This document shows positions 9,137-20,835 of a stretch of DNA of 64,000 nt, one piece after another (position 1 is the stretch's first letter; each line of letters opens with the position of its first letter). A program made the position numbers and the translations under genes. The notes beneath the pieces are model-generated. The model saw only the letters and a list, made by a program, of their open reading frames with translations, was not told the origin of the DNA and ran no database searches. The DNA is taken from positions 2,013 through 66,012 of the forward strand of contig CALRGJ010000003.1 of the NCBI GenBank assembly GCA_943357285.1, read 5' to 3'. The stretch comes from Candidatus Peribacteria bacterium (lineage in GTDB: Bacteria; Patescibacteriota; Gracilibacteria; UBA1369; LOWO2-01-FULL-3).

Positions 9137-12100
9137 GCTGCTTTTCTTAATTCTACAACTTCCGAGTGTCTAGTTCTTAGGCCTCGGAATTTTGTTATGT
9201 CGGAAACTTTACCTGAATCAGTAGCTCTCCTTTCTCCTAGGTCTATTACTTTTGAAAGACCTGGAAGTTTTCTAGCGTCTACTTCTCCCACGTTGTCTTT
9301 CATTGCCACGGAAGTATTAAGAGCGTCATTAATATTTTCCGGCAAGAATCCAGGATAGTTTGTAGTATCTAGTACATCGGGAATTTCTGTTCCGAGTTCA
9401 GCTTCGCTTATTTCAAGGTCTTCAATCGCTTGAAGTACATGTCCCATGCTGGAAGTAAGATAGTAGCTATAAATTCCTCCTGCCGGTTTGTTGTTGAATA
9501 TAGCTTTCCATTCAGGTGATTGATTCATGAATTTGAAATCTTCGATGGCAGTTTTTAGGTGGGGAATTAATTCGGCCTTTATTTCATTGGCTGAGGCTAG
9601 TTCTGTTCCAGGGATTTTTGCTGCAGCAATTTGATTCTCATAAGAAAGAGAAAGGGCAGCAATTCCTCTCAATCTTTGGCCACGCATTATAAGCTGATAA
9701 TCATTTTTTTTCTCAACTTTTTCTTCCAAAATGCTACAGCCGTTTTCAGTGTAGGTTTGAATAGCTTTTAATATTCTTTTTGGAAATGTTGTTCCGTTTT
9801 TGAGAGGTTGGGCAGTCATTCCTTTGCCATCTACAAACTGGATTTGAGCTACAGCCATCATCATTTCTATATCTCCTTTAATTTTTGCGGCGCGAACGGC
9901 TTCGGTAGGAATTTGCATTTGTTGAGCAAGGCGCCATACTTCATTTAATGATTGTGCTGCCGCTTCATAATTACCGGTGAATGCTTGGATTTCGGCTAAT
10001 TGATCACGAAGATGTAGCTCTTGTAGTGGATCAAAATTGTCAGGGTTTTCTTGTAATTCTTTACTCATGGCATCTAATTCTCTTTTTATTCTGATAATTT
10101 CAGAGAGTTCCTCTACTTTGATTAAACCTGGATCTAACACTACATCTCCATCTACTCCTTCTTTGTTCTCTAAATTTTTGCGAATTCTATCTAATTTAAT
10201 TCTTTGTTCTAAGCGAGTGAATTCAGTGTAGGTTGCTTTGTCATTCACAACTAGAGTTGCGATTATGTCTCTATATTCAGGTGAATTGATTATTTTATCA
10301 CATTCTTTGAATCCGTCGTTGTCTCCATTTTTGAAGGCGAGGCGAAGTTGCATGCTAATAACTTCACTATTTTTTCTATCTGTTCTTGAAGTGTATTTTT
10401 TATAGAATTTATCCATTGCCTCTATATTGTGCTGTAGTTGCGCAGCACGGAATCCAACGTTATAAGATTCTGTAAGGTATTCTTGAGCTCCAATTTTTTC
10501 CAAGACGGAAATTGCTTCGCCAGTTTTTTTGAAACGTCCTAGATTAAGTCCGTTTTTAACGACAGCAAATAGAGCATTCGTTATCATTTGTCTGATTTGT
10601 GGTTCAACTTGGATTGCTTGCTCTCCTCCTTGATATAAAGCAATTAATCCTTTTATTAGAGGTTCATTTTTGTGCTTCCTGATGTTTAAGTCTCCCAAAA
10701 TTGTCATAGCAATCTCATAGCCTCTTCCAGATGAACGTTCTTGTTTTGCATCACGCAAAGCTTGATTTGCACGAGCGGTATAATGAGTCCAAAATTGTGA
10801 GTCATTTAGAGGCATGGAGCCGGAAAGTTCGCAAAGTAATGCAAACTTTTTGTCATTGTGGACTTCTTTAGAGTCATTGAATTTTAAATATAATTTTACA
10901 ATTAATTCTCTTTTTTGAGCTTCAGCCATAGAAGCTAGAGCAATGTTTTTGTAGTTGTCGTGTTGAATTCCGCAACCTTCTTTCTCGTCGGCGATAATAT
11001 ATCCACCTCTTGTTAAGTCGAAAAATGCTTGATTGGCTTCTTCGGGCGTAAATCCTCCTACTGATGTAGCTAAATCGATTAATTTGGTTTTGGAAAGTTT
11101 TGCTCCCAAAATACTGACATATTGGAGTACTGCTTGTGCTGGACCATCCAATCTGCGAACACGATTTTCATGATAGGTTTGGAGATCGGTATGTTTTTTA
11201 ATTTTTGATAATTCCGCTAGTGCTTCGGGACGAATAGAAATACTATCCGGACCAATAATTAATGATTTTTCAGGATCTTCCAGTAAGCTGCTGATAAGAG
11301 AAGTAAGGTCAAATGGTGTACGGCATTTGGCTGCTAATTGTTGTGGCCAATTTCCGAGGTCTTTTTCTTTTCCATTTACTGGATTTACACGTATTTCTTC
11401 AGGTAGGGAATAAAATACATAGTCACGAGCGGTTTTGGGATTTTGAAGATTAAGCTTAGGCTGTTTTTTTAAATCTTGGAGGTCAACTATTTCAACAGGT
11501 CTTTGTCCCTCTATCGATTGATCTCTAAATTTATTGTGAATGTTTGTGATTAAATTTGCTTGTTCGGTTGAGTGATAGGTCTCTTCTGGACGACGCATCA
11601 TCATTACTTTTGATTTTGATCCATTTATAAATTTCTCTACTAAAGACATGATATGTTTCTCGGAAAATCTATCAATGTGGTGAATATCATCAATGGCAAA
11701 TAAGAAAGCTCCACCGGTTTTTTCTAAGATCAATAATCCCGTTTCGCAGGCTTTGGCGATGCTATGTGGAGCAATTTGTATTTGGCGTATTTTTTCGTCA
11801 TCTGGGAGAATGGCAAATCTTTCCAGCTCCGATAGTTCATCTCTAAATCTTGATTTTTGAACATCTGTTAATCTAGAGTTCATGGCTTCTGAAATTGTGA
11901 TTGCAAGGTCTGCTAAAGCTGCACCTGGAATGTTTTCTCCTGAGGCATCGACTGAAGCGACTAGAGCGGTTGGATTATCCTTTAAAAGTTCATCTGCTAA
12001 ACGAGATTTACCACTACCGGCTCCACCATTTAAAACTAATAATTTAGATTTATTATTTGGTTTTGCAAAGTTGCGCATTTTCTCAATTTCATCTGCATGT

Positions 12101-13365
12101 CCTATTAGTCTGTCTGGTCCTCCAATTCTTAATTTTGGTCGTCTGGAAACTTCTGTTAATTTTAGAAATTGTGCGCTTGCATTTACCTCTTCGGTTTTTA
12201 ATTCACGAGTAGTTGCATCACGTCCTTCGTTAATTGCTTTTTGAGTTGCTGCGGTGAGATATGTTCCTGGATTTTCTTTGGCAATGCTTGCCCAGTGAGC
12301 GAGAGTTGAGGAATCTGGATAATTTTCCATGCCAGTAACTGAGCCATCTTTTTTGAAGACACCTTTTGCAAGTAAAATGCTGGTTTTATTTTCTGTGGAA
12401 TGTTCAATATCAGCAGCTAGTCCGGCCATGTAGGATCCACTGCGTTGAGCAAAATCCGCAATGATTAAATTGCCATTTTGATCAAGAGCGATGGTGAAAT
12501 CTTCGGAAACTGCTAGATTGCCCAGTTTATCTAAAATTTTGTATTTTGCTGGATCACCACTGTTTAATAGCGCATTTATATTGATCACTAAGTAGCTGCT
12601 TTCTGCCTGCATATTCTCTTTGAGGCGATTTGGTTTTTGAGCTAATTCCATGGCTAAGGCTCGTTTGTAATTTGCGCTATTTAAGGGAAGAGCTTCAAAT
12701 ATTTGTGGAATTCTTTCCTGTGCCTTGGATATGGTTTGTTTTTCAGTTGGATTGCTTACAGTGAATGATCTTGTATTGATGTCGCTCTTTGTGGTGTGAG
12801 AGAGGACGGATCCATCGAGTGGTATTACTAATTCTCCAAATCTTATGGCTCCTTTTGTGTCTTTGCCAGATACGGTTATTTCAGCTGGAATTTCTGGAAA
12901 GGCTTTTGCTATGGCAAAAACGTTATTGGCATGTGGAGTTAGAAAGAATTTTGTAGTTGTTGAGCTATCAGGCCCACTGATAATAGGAGTGTTTAGCGGT
13001 AGGGCAAAGCCTGATTCAATGAGCTTTTGCTCGAGTATTGCTAAGTCTTTTTGAGAAGCAGTGATGGCAATAATGCGTTTTTGGCCTAAAGCTGCTGTTT
13101 CTATCTCTTCATATGCAGAATTTGGGGATTTAAAACCCATTTGAAGCATGGCTTTTCTATCAGGAGGGAGGTTTTCGTAGGCATCAGGTGATTCCGCTGC
13201 TGCACCAAGTGCTATTGCTGAGGTGATAGTTGTTTCTGATGGATCTACTGATGGAAGCTGAAGTTCATCTGGAGTTTTTCCTTGTTCATTAATTTTTTTC
13301 AGAGCTTCTAGGGAAGTAGGTGCTTCAGGTGCTCCTTTTGATCTGTTATCTGTAGGGTTTGCCAT
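9133..13365 (-). CDS. Giant AAA_16/STAND-like NTPase with helical C-terminal region; paralog of 4090..8397
   Basis: 1410 aa. 'IGHADEIEKMRNF...LNGGAGSGKSRLADELL' P-loop. 'LFAIDDIHHIDRFSEKHIMSLVEKF' Walker B region. C-terminal blocks ('EVWRLAQQMQ', 'KIKGDIEMM', 'EDFKFMNQ') align with the other giant ORF. Confidence 0.7.
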   Translation of the reverse strand: MANPTDNRSKGAPEAPTSLEALKKINEQGKTPDELQLPSVDPSETTITSAIALGAAAESPDAYENLPPDRKAMLQMGFKSPNSAYEEIETAALGQKRIIAITASQKDLAILEQKLIESGFALPLNTPIISGPDSSTTTKFFLTPHANNVFAIAKAFPEIPAEITVSGKDTKGAIRFGELVIPLDGSVLSHTTKSDINTRSFTVSNPTEKQTISKAQERIPQIFEALPLNSANYKRALAMELAQKPNRLKENMQAESSYLVININALLNSGDPAKYKILDKLGNLAVSEDFTIALDQNGNLIIADFAQRSGSYMAGLAADIEHSTENKTSILLAKGVFKKDGSVTGMENYPDSSTLAHWASIAKENPGTYLTAATQKAINEGRDATTRELKTEEVNASAQFLKLTEVSRRPKLRIGGPDRLIGHADEIEKMRNFAKPNNKSKLLVLNGGAGSGKSRLADELLKDNPTALVASVDASGENIPGAALADLAITISEAMNSRLTDVQKSRFRDELSELERFAILPDDEKIRQIQIAPHSIAKACETGLLILEKTGGAFLFAIDDIHHIDRFSEKHIMSLVEKFINGSKSKVMMMRRPEETYHSTEQANLITNIHNKFRDQSIEGQRPVEIVDLQDLKKQPKLNLQNPKTARDYVFYSLPEEIRVNPVNGKEKDLGNWPQQLAAKCRTPFDLTSLISSLLEDPEKSLIIGPDSISIRPEALAELSKIKKHTDLQTYHENRVRRLDGPAQAVLQYVSILGAKLSKTKLIDLATSVGGFTPEEANQAFFDLTRGGYIIADEKEGCGIQHDNYKNIALASMAEAQKRELIVKLYLKFNDSKEVHNDKKFALLCELSGSMPLNDSQFWTHYTARANQALRDAKQERSSGRGYEIAMTILGDLNIRKHKNEPLIKGLIALYQGGEQAIQVEPQIRQMITNALFAVVKNGLNLGRFKKTGEAISVLEKIGAQEYLTESYNVGFRAAQLQHNIEAMDKFYKKYTSRTDRKNSEVISMQLRLAFKNGDNDGFKECDKIINSPEYRDIIATLVVNDKATYTEFTRLEQRIKLDRIRKNLENKEGVDGDVVLDPGLIKVEELSEIIRIKRELDAMSKELQENPDNFDPLQELHLRDQLAEIQAFTGNYEAAAQSLNEVWRLAQQMQIPTEAVRAAKIKGDIEMMMAVAQIQFVDGKGMTAQPLKNGTTFPKRILKAIQTYTENGCSILEEKVEKKNDYQLIMRGQRLRGIAALSLSYENQIAAAKIPGTELASANEIKAELIPHLKTAIEDFKFMNQSPEWKAIFNNKPAGGIYSYYLTSSMGHVLQAIEDLEISEAELGTEIPDVLDTTNYPGFLPENINDALNTSVAMKDNVGEVDARKLPGLSKVIDLGERRATDSGKVSDITKFRGLRTRHSEVVELRKAA

Positions 13366-13446
13366 AGGTTTTTTAAGTTAGGAGGTGAATGTTACTACAT
13401 TTGGGTCTTATTGCAAATTATAGGGAGTATTTATGGTCTGGATCTG

Positions 13447-13475
13447 TTGATGTTTGGGACATTTCATGGTATAAT
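13447..13475 (+). promoter_or_regulatory. Sigma70-type promoter with extended -10
   Basis: TTGATG (13447-13452), 17-nt spacer, TGgTATAAT (-10 at 13470-13475), 20 nt upstream of ATG 13496. Confidence 0.55.
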
Positions 13476-13495
13476 TATTAGATTAATTTGAACAT

Positions 13496-15892
13496 ATGAC
13501 AGAGATTTTGGAACAGCCACAATCAGTAAATGTTGACCAAAACAGTCTTAATACTGGTACTGCCAGCTTTTTCTTGGCTGGAAATTGGATGAAAACCTTG
13601 GTTTTTGCTGCAATTAGTTTTGTAGCGGTTTTAGGGACTTTTATGTATGAAGGAAGTGTTTCTGGTAAAGCTATCGTAAATCAGTTCCAAGAAACCAATA
13701 AATTCATTGAAGATAAAAAAATAGTTTTTGAAAATTTGAGCGGTGGATCTGCTCCGATAAATACTCGTCTTTTGAAGGATGGAAGCTATTTTGCTGAGGT
13801 GAATGATGGTAAATTCTGGGCGAATTTTTCCGATACTAATTCTAAAGGAGAAATTCTTGTCGGTAGGGTAATGCTAATTCCAAATAGAGCTGTATTTGAT
13901 GCTTCTTTTGATGGGTCTAAGATGATTCTTAATGTTTATGATGGTGATGTTTATGTGGGATTTTTACCTGAGAAAGTTGATGTTACTGAATATATTGATG
14001 CCTATAGTCCTATTTTTATTAATAGAATTTTGGTTCCTCGGGAGAATAGCTTGTCTGTCCCTATGGGGAAGGTGAATGAAGAAATTCGTCCTTTGCTTTA
14101 TTCCAAATTGGTTAAAGAATTTAAGTTGGCGAGTTTGACTGATGAGGTGAAAAATTCTGATTGGGTGAAGAATAATCGTCAAAAAGACAAGAAGGCTTTA
14201 GAGTTGGCTCGTCAGCAGTTTAGTGCAGATAGATTTAATGAAGGCCCAAAAGTTCAAGACGGTTATTTGAGTAATTTTTTGTTTTGGTCAGAAGAGAATT
14301 TGACCTATATGCCGGATAAAAAGAACGCAATGTTGTTGACTCATTTATTTGATTATCTTGATGATGCGGCTTTTTATGCTTATCAGGGAGATAAGGAAAA
14401 ATCAGATGCAAGTATGCAATCTTTCAATGATTATATGCTGACTTTGGATCCTTCTGTTTTTGATACTAAGGATTACAATTCAAGATTAAATGCCTTTATA
14501 GATGGTCTGAGAATTTTTGGTCCTGGTGATGCAGAATACGAGGTATTGAAGACACTTTTGAATCAAAAATTTCTTGAAGGAAAAGATAGAAATGCTATTG
14601 TGGAAAGCTTTTGGCAGGATGTTTATAAAGGCTTAAATGCTTCAGATACATTAGCTGAAGAAGCTTTGAATACTTATTATGAATATTTTGATAAGACCCG
14701 AACGAAAAATATTACGGGTGAGATTGATGAGAATTTTTATAAAAATTATTTAGCTTACCAAAATCAACTTTTTGATAATTTATTATTGAAGTATCCGTTG
14801 TTTTATAAAGATGGATATTTTGCCATTAAGACTATTTTTGAAAATGATCTTTTGAGTTTGTATTCTGCTGGTCAGTTTAAAGATGAAATCAAACAGGCTT
14901 TCGTGAATAATAAGATAAATTTCATGAAACGTTTGAGAAGGTTTTTCTTTGACGGCGAGCTGGATGTGAAGCAAGCAAAGGAGATTTACAAAAGACTTTT
15001 TGCTGAAATAACTGAGTTAATGCCAAAGGATAATTCTGGAGTTGCTGTGGTTAAACTTTTTGAATCTCAGTTAACTGATATGGATGATTTTTGGGGGTAT
15101 TTGAATACTCCTGAGTATCAATCCCAAGCTTATGGTCAAACTCATGAAGATCGTTATAATGTTTATTTACAAGACAGAAAAACTATTTTGAGCTTTGAAA
15201 ATATTAAGAAGGATCTTTTGGGAGAAGTTATTGTTCAAAATACTGAAAAAACTGTCCAAGAAATTACTGTTGCAGTTCAAAACGCTCTGCAGGCTAATGA
15301 AAATGTTAGCAATATTGAGGTGGGTAAAATTGATACGGTAGATCAAAGATACATATCTGTTAAATTCGTGCTGGGTGGATATCCTGTTGAAGCGAATTAT
15401 GATAGGGATAATGATTCGGTGAAAGATGTGAATGTTTATAATCAAATCGTGTCTGATCGTGCTGTGAAGTTGACTGGTTTGCTCGATCTTCTTCAACAAA
15501 AATTTGCCGATTTAGCTAAAGAGCCTAAGATTTTGGATAAGGAAGATGCTTCTTTGGAAACGGCAGCTCAACGTTTTGCAAAGGTATATATTGCGAAAAA
15601 GATGGTTGTGCTTGGGTTTGCGGTCACTGTTGATGACGTGAAAATTATTGATCAGCTTAACGCTGTTTATAGAATTGAAAATTCTAGCTTTAAAGATACT
15701 CCGGATTTGAAAGTTACTTTTGATGTGTTGATGAGTGGAGAAATGATTACAAATGTTTTCCTTACATATAAAGGCGAGCCTCAAACTTTAAAGGATAAAT
15801 ATACTTTTGAAGAATTTGCTAGCATGATGGCGGCAGAGGGCAAGACAAGTAAATCTCCTGATGAATCTTCCACAAAAGGGATTGCAAGATAG
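13496..15892 (+). CDS. Membrane-anchored hypothetical protein with FecR-like beta domain and long helical region
   Basis: 798 aa. N-terminal TM 'TLVFAAISFVAVLGTFMY'. The segment 'FWANF...GEILVGRVMLIPNRAVFDASFDGSKMILNVYDGDVYVGF' resembles a FecR-type sensor fold. Confidence 0.45.
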   Translation: MTEILEQPQSVNVDQNSLNTGTASFFLAGNWMKTLVFAAISFVAVLGTFMYEGSVSGKAIVNQFQETNKFIEDKKIVFENLSGGSAPINTRLLKDGSYFAEVNDGKFWANFSDTNSKGEILVGRVMLIPNRAVFDASFDGSKMILNVYDGDVYVGFLPEKVDVTEYIDAYSPIFINRILVPRENSLSVPMGKVNEEIRPLLYSKLVKEFKLASLTDEVKNSDWVKNNRQKDKKALELARQQFSADRFNEGPKVQDGYLSNFLFWSEENLTYMPDKKNAMLLTHLFDYLDDAAFYAYQGDKEKSDASMQSFNDYMLTLDPSVFDTKDYNSRLNAFIDGLRIFGPGDAEYEVLKTLLNQKFLEGKDRNAIVESFWQDVYKGLNASDTLAEEALNTYYEYFDKTRTKNITGEIDENFYKNYLAYQNQLFDNLLLKYPLFYKDGYFAIKTIFENDLLSLYSAGQFKDEIKQAFVNNKINFMKRLRRFFFDGELDVKQAKEIYKRLFAEITELMPKDNSGVAVVKLFESQLTDMDDFWGYLNTPEYQSQAYGQTHEDRYNVYLQDRKTILSFENIKKDLLGEVIVQNTEKTVQEITVAVQNALQANENVSNIEVGKIDTVDQRYISVKFVLGGYPVEANYDRDNDSVKDVNVYNQIVSDRAVKLTGLLDLLQQKFADLAKEPKILDKEDASLETAAQRFAKVYIAKKMVVLGFAVTVDDVKIIDQLNAVYRIENSSFKDTPDLKVTFDVLMSGEMITNVFLTYKGEPQTLKDKYTFEEFASMMAAEGKTSKSPDESSTKGIAR

Positions 15893-16032
15893 TTTTTATT
15901 TAATATAATGCAGCCATATGAACTTTAGATTTATAAATATCAGCAAGGCAAACTGTTGTGTTTGTACACTCCTACCAGAGGTGTCTTGTTGTAGCTGTAT
16001 AAACTAAGAAATTCGTCAGTTTTATACTCTCA

Positions 16033-16056
16033 AGGCCCCTCGAAGGGTCTTTTTTA
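16033..16056 (+). terminator. Weak candidate rho-independent terminator
   Basis: Short stem GCCCC/GGGTC (mismatched at the C/T position) around loop TCGAA, followed by TTTTTT. It lies about 140 nt after the stop of the 13496..15892 gene. Confidence 0.35.
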
Positions 16057-16084
16057 TTATTTATTATTCTAACTAAAAAAAATT

Positions 16085-16465
16085 ATGACAAACGAAAATA
16101 TGACAATTGGTGCACCGGATACAGTTATTGGTATTGTCGGTGATAGCAACGATAGAAACTTTTATGATGGAGTAAAAGGTAGGGAAGGAGTGGATTATGC
16201 TACGAGAATTGTTGTTCCTGAAGACAGGCACGAATTTGATAGGTTGGTGGAGTCGTTGATGTTTACAATCGGTGGAGTGTTGAATCAGGCTGGAAAACGT
16301 ATTGGTTTAGTGTTGGATGCCTCTGCAATTAATGCTCTGGGCGTTAACGTTGATGACATTGCCGAATTGATTTCTGACAGGGTGGCGGGTACCTTGTCGG
16401 TGAAGGAAGTTCTTGATCCTAATAGTCTGCAAGCCAGGATGGCGGAGATGTTTGCGAAGGTATAA
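16085..16465 (+). CDS. Hypothetical protein
   Basis: 126-aa ORF with coding-like composition and no motif I can recognise. Confidence 0.45.
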   Translation: MTNENMTIGAPDTVIGIVGDSNDRNFYDGVKGREGVDYATRIVVPEDRHEFDRLVESLMFTIGGVLNQAGKRIGLVLDASAINALGVNVDDIAELISDRVAGTLSVKEVLDPNSLQARMAEMFAKV

Positions 16466-16502
16466 GACTTATGCTAAAGTGCTGTCGCTTTTTAATATGT
16501 AA

Positions 16503-18431
<1,929 letters not shown>

Positions 18432-18511
18432 TATTTCCTTGTTTTTTGATTTTTTCTCTTTATAATGCCATTTGTCTTATCTTTTAACTATATTGGGGAG
18501 GTGAATAAAAT

Positions 18512-18718
18512 ATGAAAGTAACAGTTTGGAAAAGTGAAAAAGAATCCAATGAGAGAGCGATAACTCGCTTTAACAAGAAGGTTCAAGGTAGTAGAAAACT
18601 TTTAATCGTTCGTGGTAAGAGATATCACGCTCGTCCTGAAAGCAAACGCCATGCTAGGAAACGCGCTATTATGCGTGATAATTTCAGAGCAGCTCGTGAA
18701 AAGAGTAAGTTCTACTAA
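18512..18718 (+). CDS. rpsU: 30S ribosomal protein S21
   Basis: 68-aa basic protein with the S21 pattern 'RFNKKVQ...RGKRYHARPESKRHARKRA'. GGAGG Shine-Dalgarno 8 nt upstream. Confidence 0.85.
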   Translation: MKVTVWKSEKESNERAITRFNKKVQGSRKLLIVRGKRYHARPESKRHARKRAIMRDNFRAAREKSKFY

Positions 18719-18731
18719 ATTTATAAATGCG

Positions 18732-18776
18732 GACTTGGCCAGATCTCTTTTGATTTGGCTGGGTCTGTTTTTGTTT
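18732..18776 (+). terminator. Rho-independent terminator after rpsU
   Basis: 12-bp stem (GACTTGGCCAGA / TTTGGCTGGGTC, including G-U pairs), 10-nt loop, then TGTTTTTGTTT. Confidence 0.7.
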
Positions 18777-18852
18777 ATTATTTTCCTCTGGAGGATTTAT
18801 TGAGTAAAAGTGTTCATATGAACATATCAGAAATTATTATAACATTTAGTCA

Positions 18853-19755
18853 ATGACCATCCGAGATCTCATCAAACAAGGTTACGAGTTTTTAGAAGGC
18901 GCAGAAAACGCTGTGCTTAATTGCGAGGTAGTTTTGGCGAATGTTTTAGGAGTGGATAAGGAATATCTTATCTCTCATAGTGATCAGGAAATTGGTGGTG
19001 ATAGCGAATTTAGTGAAGATTTAGCTGATCTCTACATGGCTTATTTGAAGAAAGTAAAAGCCGGCGAGCCTGTTGCTTATATTCTCAAGGAAAAGGAGTT
19101 CTATGGACTTAGTTTCTTTGTGGACAATAGGGTATTAGTGCCACGTCCTGAGACTGAGCAGTTAGTGGAAACTGTACTTAGCTTTTTGGAAGAGAAATAT
19201 GGAGTGAAACGCAGTCGTGAATTCGAGAGTGATGCAGAAAAATTTAGAATTCTTGATGTTGGTACTGGCAGCGGAAATATTGCGATTTCTCTGGCAACTA
19301 ATTTTCAGAATTTGGAAGCGGTGGCTTTGGATGTGAGTGATGATGCTATTGAAGTGGCTAGGGTAAACGTAAATCAGCATGGTGTAGAAGATAGAGTAGA
19401 GTTATATCAAAGTGATTTATTGGATGTTATTGAGGATGGAGAAAAGTTTCACGTGATTGTGGCAAATCTTCCATATATTGGCACTAAAACTAATTCTGAT
19501 GTAGACGAAAATGTAGAAAAACATGAGCCTGCTTCTGCGTTGTTTGCGGGAGAAGATGGATTAGATTTGTACTTAAAAATGTTTACGCAAATCCAGGAGA
19601 AAAACGTTGGTTATGATCTGATAGTCGGAGAATTCGGATCAATGCAGCGTGAAGATATGGAGGCTTTGCTTACAGATTTTTTTGGACAAAACTGGAGGAT
19701 AGAAAAGGATTTGGCAGGGCTTGATAGAATGTTTGTGGTAGAATGCGAAAGTTAA
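18853..19755 (+). CDS. prmC: Release-factor glutamine N5-methyltransferase (HemK/PrmC)
   Basis: SAM motif 'ILDVGTGSGNIAISLA'. Catalytic motif is the variant 'NLPYI' instead of NPPY. The gene lies immediately upstream of prfA. Confidence 0.85.
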   Translation: MTIRDLIKQGYEFLEGAENAVLNCEVVLANVLGVDKEYLISHSDQEIGGDSEFSEDLADLYMAYLKKVKAGEPVAYILKEKEFYGLSFFVDNRVLVPRPETEQLVETVLSFLEEKYGVKRSREFESDAEKFRILDVGTGSGNIAISLATNFQNLEAVALDVSDDAIEVARVNVNQHGVEDRVELYQSDLLDVIEDGEKFHVIVANLPYIGTKTNSDVDENVEKHEPASALFAGEDGLDLYLKMFTQIQEKNVGYDLIVGEFGSMQREDMEALLTDFFGQNWRIEKDLAGLDRMFVVECES

Positions 19756-19764
19756 TAAATTCAA

Positions 19765-20835
19765 ATGATTGAAAAATTAGAAAAATTAGAAAAAGAATTT
19801 TTGGACATTCAAAATAAATTGTCTGACTCTGCTGTGATTTCAGATCAAAATTTGTATAAAACTCTTTCTCGTCGTTATAAATCTTTGCAGCAAGCAGCTG
19901 ATCTTACTAAGAGATACAGAGAAGTTTTGATGAATAAAACTGAGGCGGAGGAAATTCTTAAAACAGAAACTGATGCTGATATGGTAGCTTTAGCTCAATC
20001 TCAATTGGAGGAGGCAAACGGAAGACTTGTGAAGCTTGATGATGAAGTGAAGTTGGAATTATTGCCAAAGGATTCTAATGATAGTAAGGATTGTATCATT
20101 GAAATTCGTGCTGGTGCAGGTGGTGATGAAGCGGCAATTTTTGTGGGTGAGGTTTCGAGGATGTATATGAAATATGGAGAGAATAATGGATATGCTGTCG
20201 AATTAATGAGTAAAAGTGAAGGTGCACCAGGATGTATTAAGGAAATTGTTTTCGCGGTGCGTGGACTTAATGCTTATGCTTCTATGAAATTTGAAAGTGG
20301 TGTTCATCGTGTACAACGTGTGCCAGTGACTGAAGCTCAGGGTAGAATTCATACTTCTACGGTGTCTGTGGCTGTTTTGCCGGAGGCGGAAGAAGTTGAT
20401 GTGGAAATTAAGGAAAGCGATCTTAGAATTGATGTATATCGTTCTGGAGGAGCTGGAGGACAATCAGTTAATAAAACTGAGTCTGCAGTGCGTATGACGC
20501 ATATTCCTAGTGGATTGGTGGTAACATGTCAGGATGAACGTTCTCAGATCAAAAATAGAGCTAAGGCGATGAATGTAATGAGAACTCGTTTGTATGATAT
20601 GGAATTGGAGCGTCTTGCTAAGGAGCGTGGAGAAGCGCGTTCTAGCCAGATTGGTACTGGAGATCGTAGTGAAAAAATTAGAACTTATAATTTTCCTCAG
20701 GATAGATTAACTGATCATCGTATTCATCAAAACTGGAGTAATCTTCCTGGAATTATGGAAGGTGATATTAGTGATATAGTTGAAGCCATGAAAAAATACG
20801 ATCAGGAACAGAAGTTGGCTAAGTTGGGTAGCTAG
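19765..20835 (+). CDS. prfA: Peptide chain release factor 1
   Basis: GGQ motif '[11 protein letters not shown]'. RF1-type tripeptide 'PVT' within '[14 protein letters not shown]'. Confidence 0.95.
   Translation: MIEKLEKLEKEFLDIQNKLSDSAVISDQNLYKTLSRRYKSLQQAADLTKRYREVLMNKTEAEEILKTETDADMVALAQSQLEEANGRLVKLDDEVKLELLPKDSNDSKDCIIEIRAGAGGDEAAIFVGEVSRMYMKYGENNGYAVELMSKSEGAPGCIKEIVFAVRGLNAYASMKFESGVHRVQRVPVTEAQGRIHTSTVSVAVLPEAEEVDVEIKESDLRIDVYRSGGAGGQSVNKTESAVRMTHIPSGLVVTCQDERSQIKNRAKAMNVMRTRLYDMELERLAKERGEARSSQIGTGDRSEKIRTYNFPQDRLTDHRIHQNWSNLPGIMEGDISDIVEAMKKYDQEQKLAKLGS

Noticed and set aside
18612-18803. 63-aa ORF overlapping the 3' half of rpsU and its terminator.
   Set aside because: It is out of frame within a conserved ribosomal protein gene and extends through the terminator hairpin.
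18811-18824. LexA/Cheo SOS box interpretation of TGTTCATATGAACA.
   Set aside because: The half-sites are in the order GTTC-N4-GAAC, the inverse of the GAAC-N4-GTTC Cheo box. It is kept only as a generic candidate operator.
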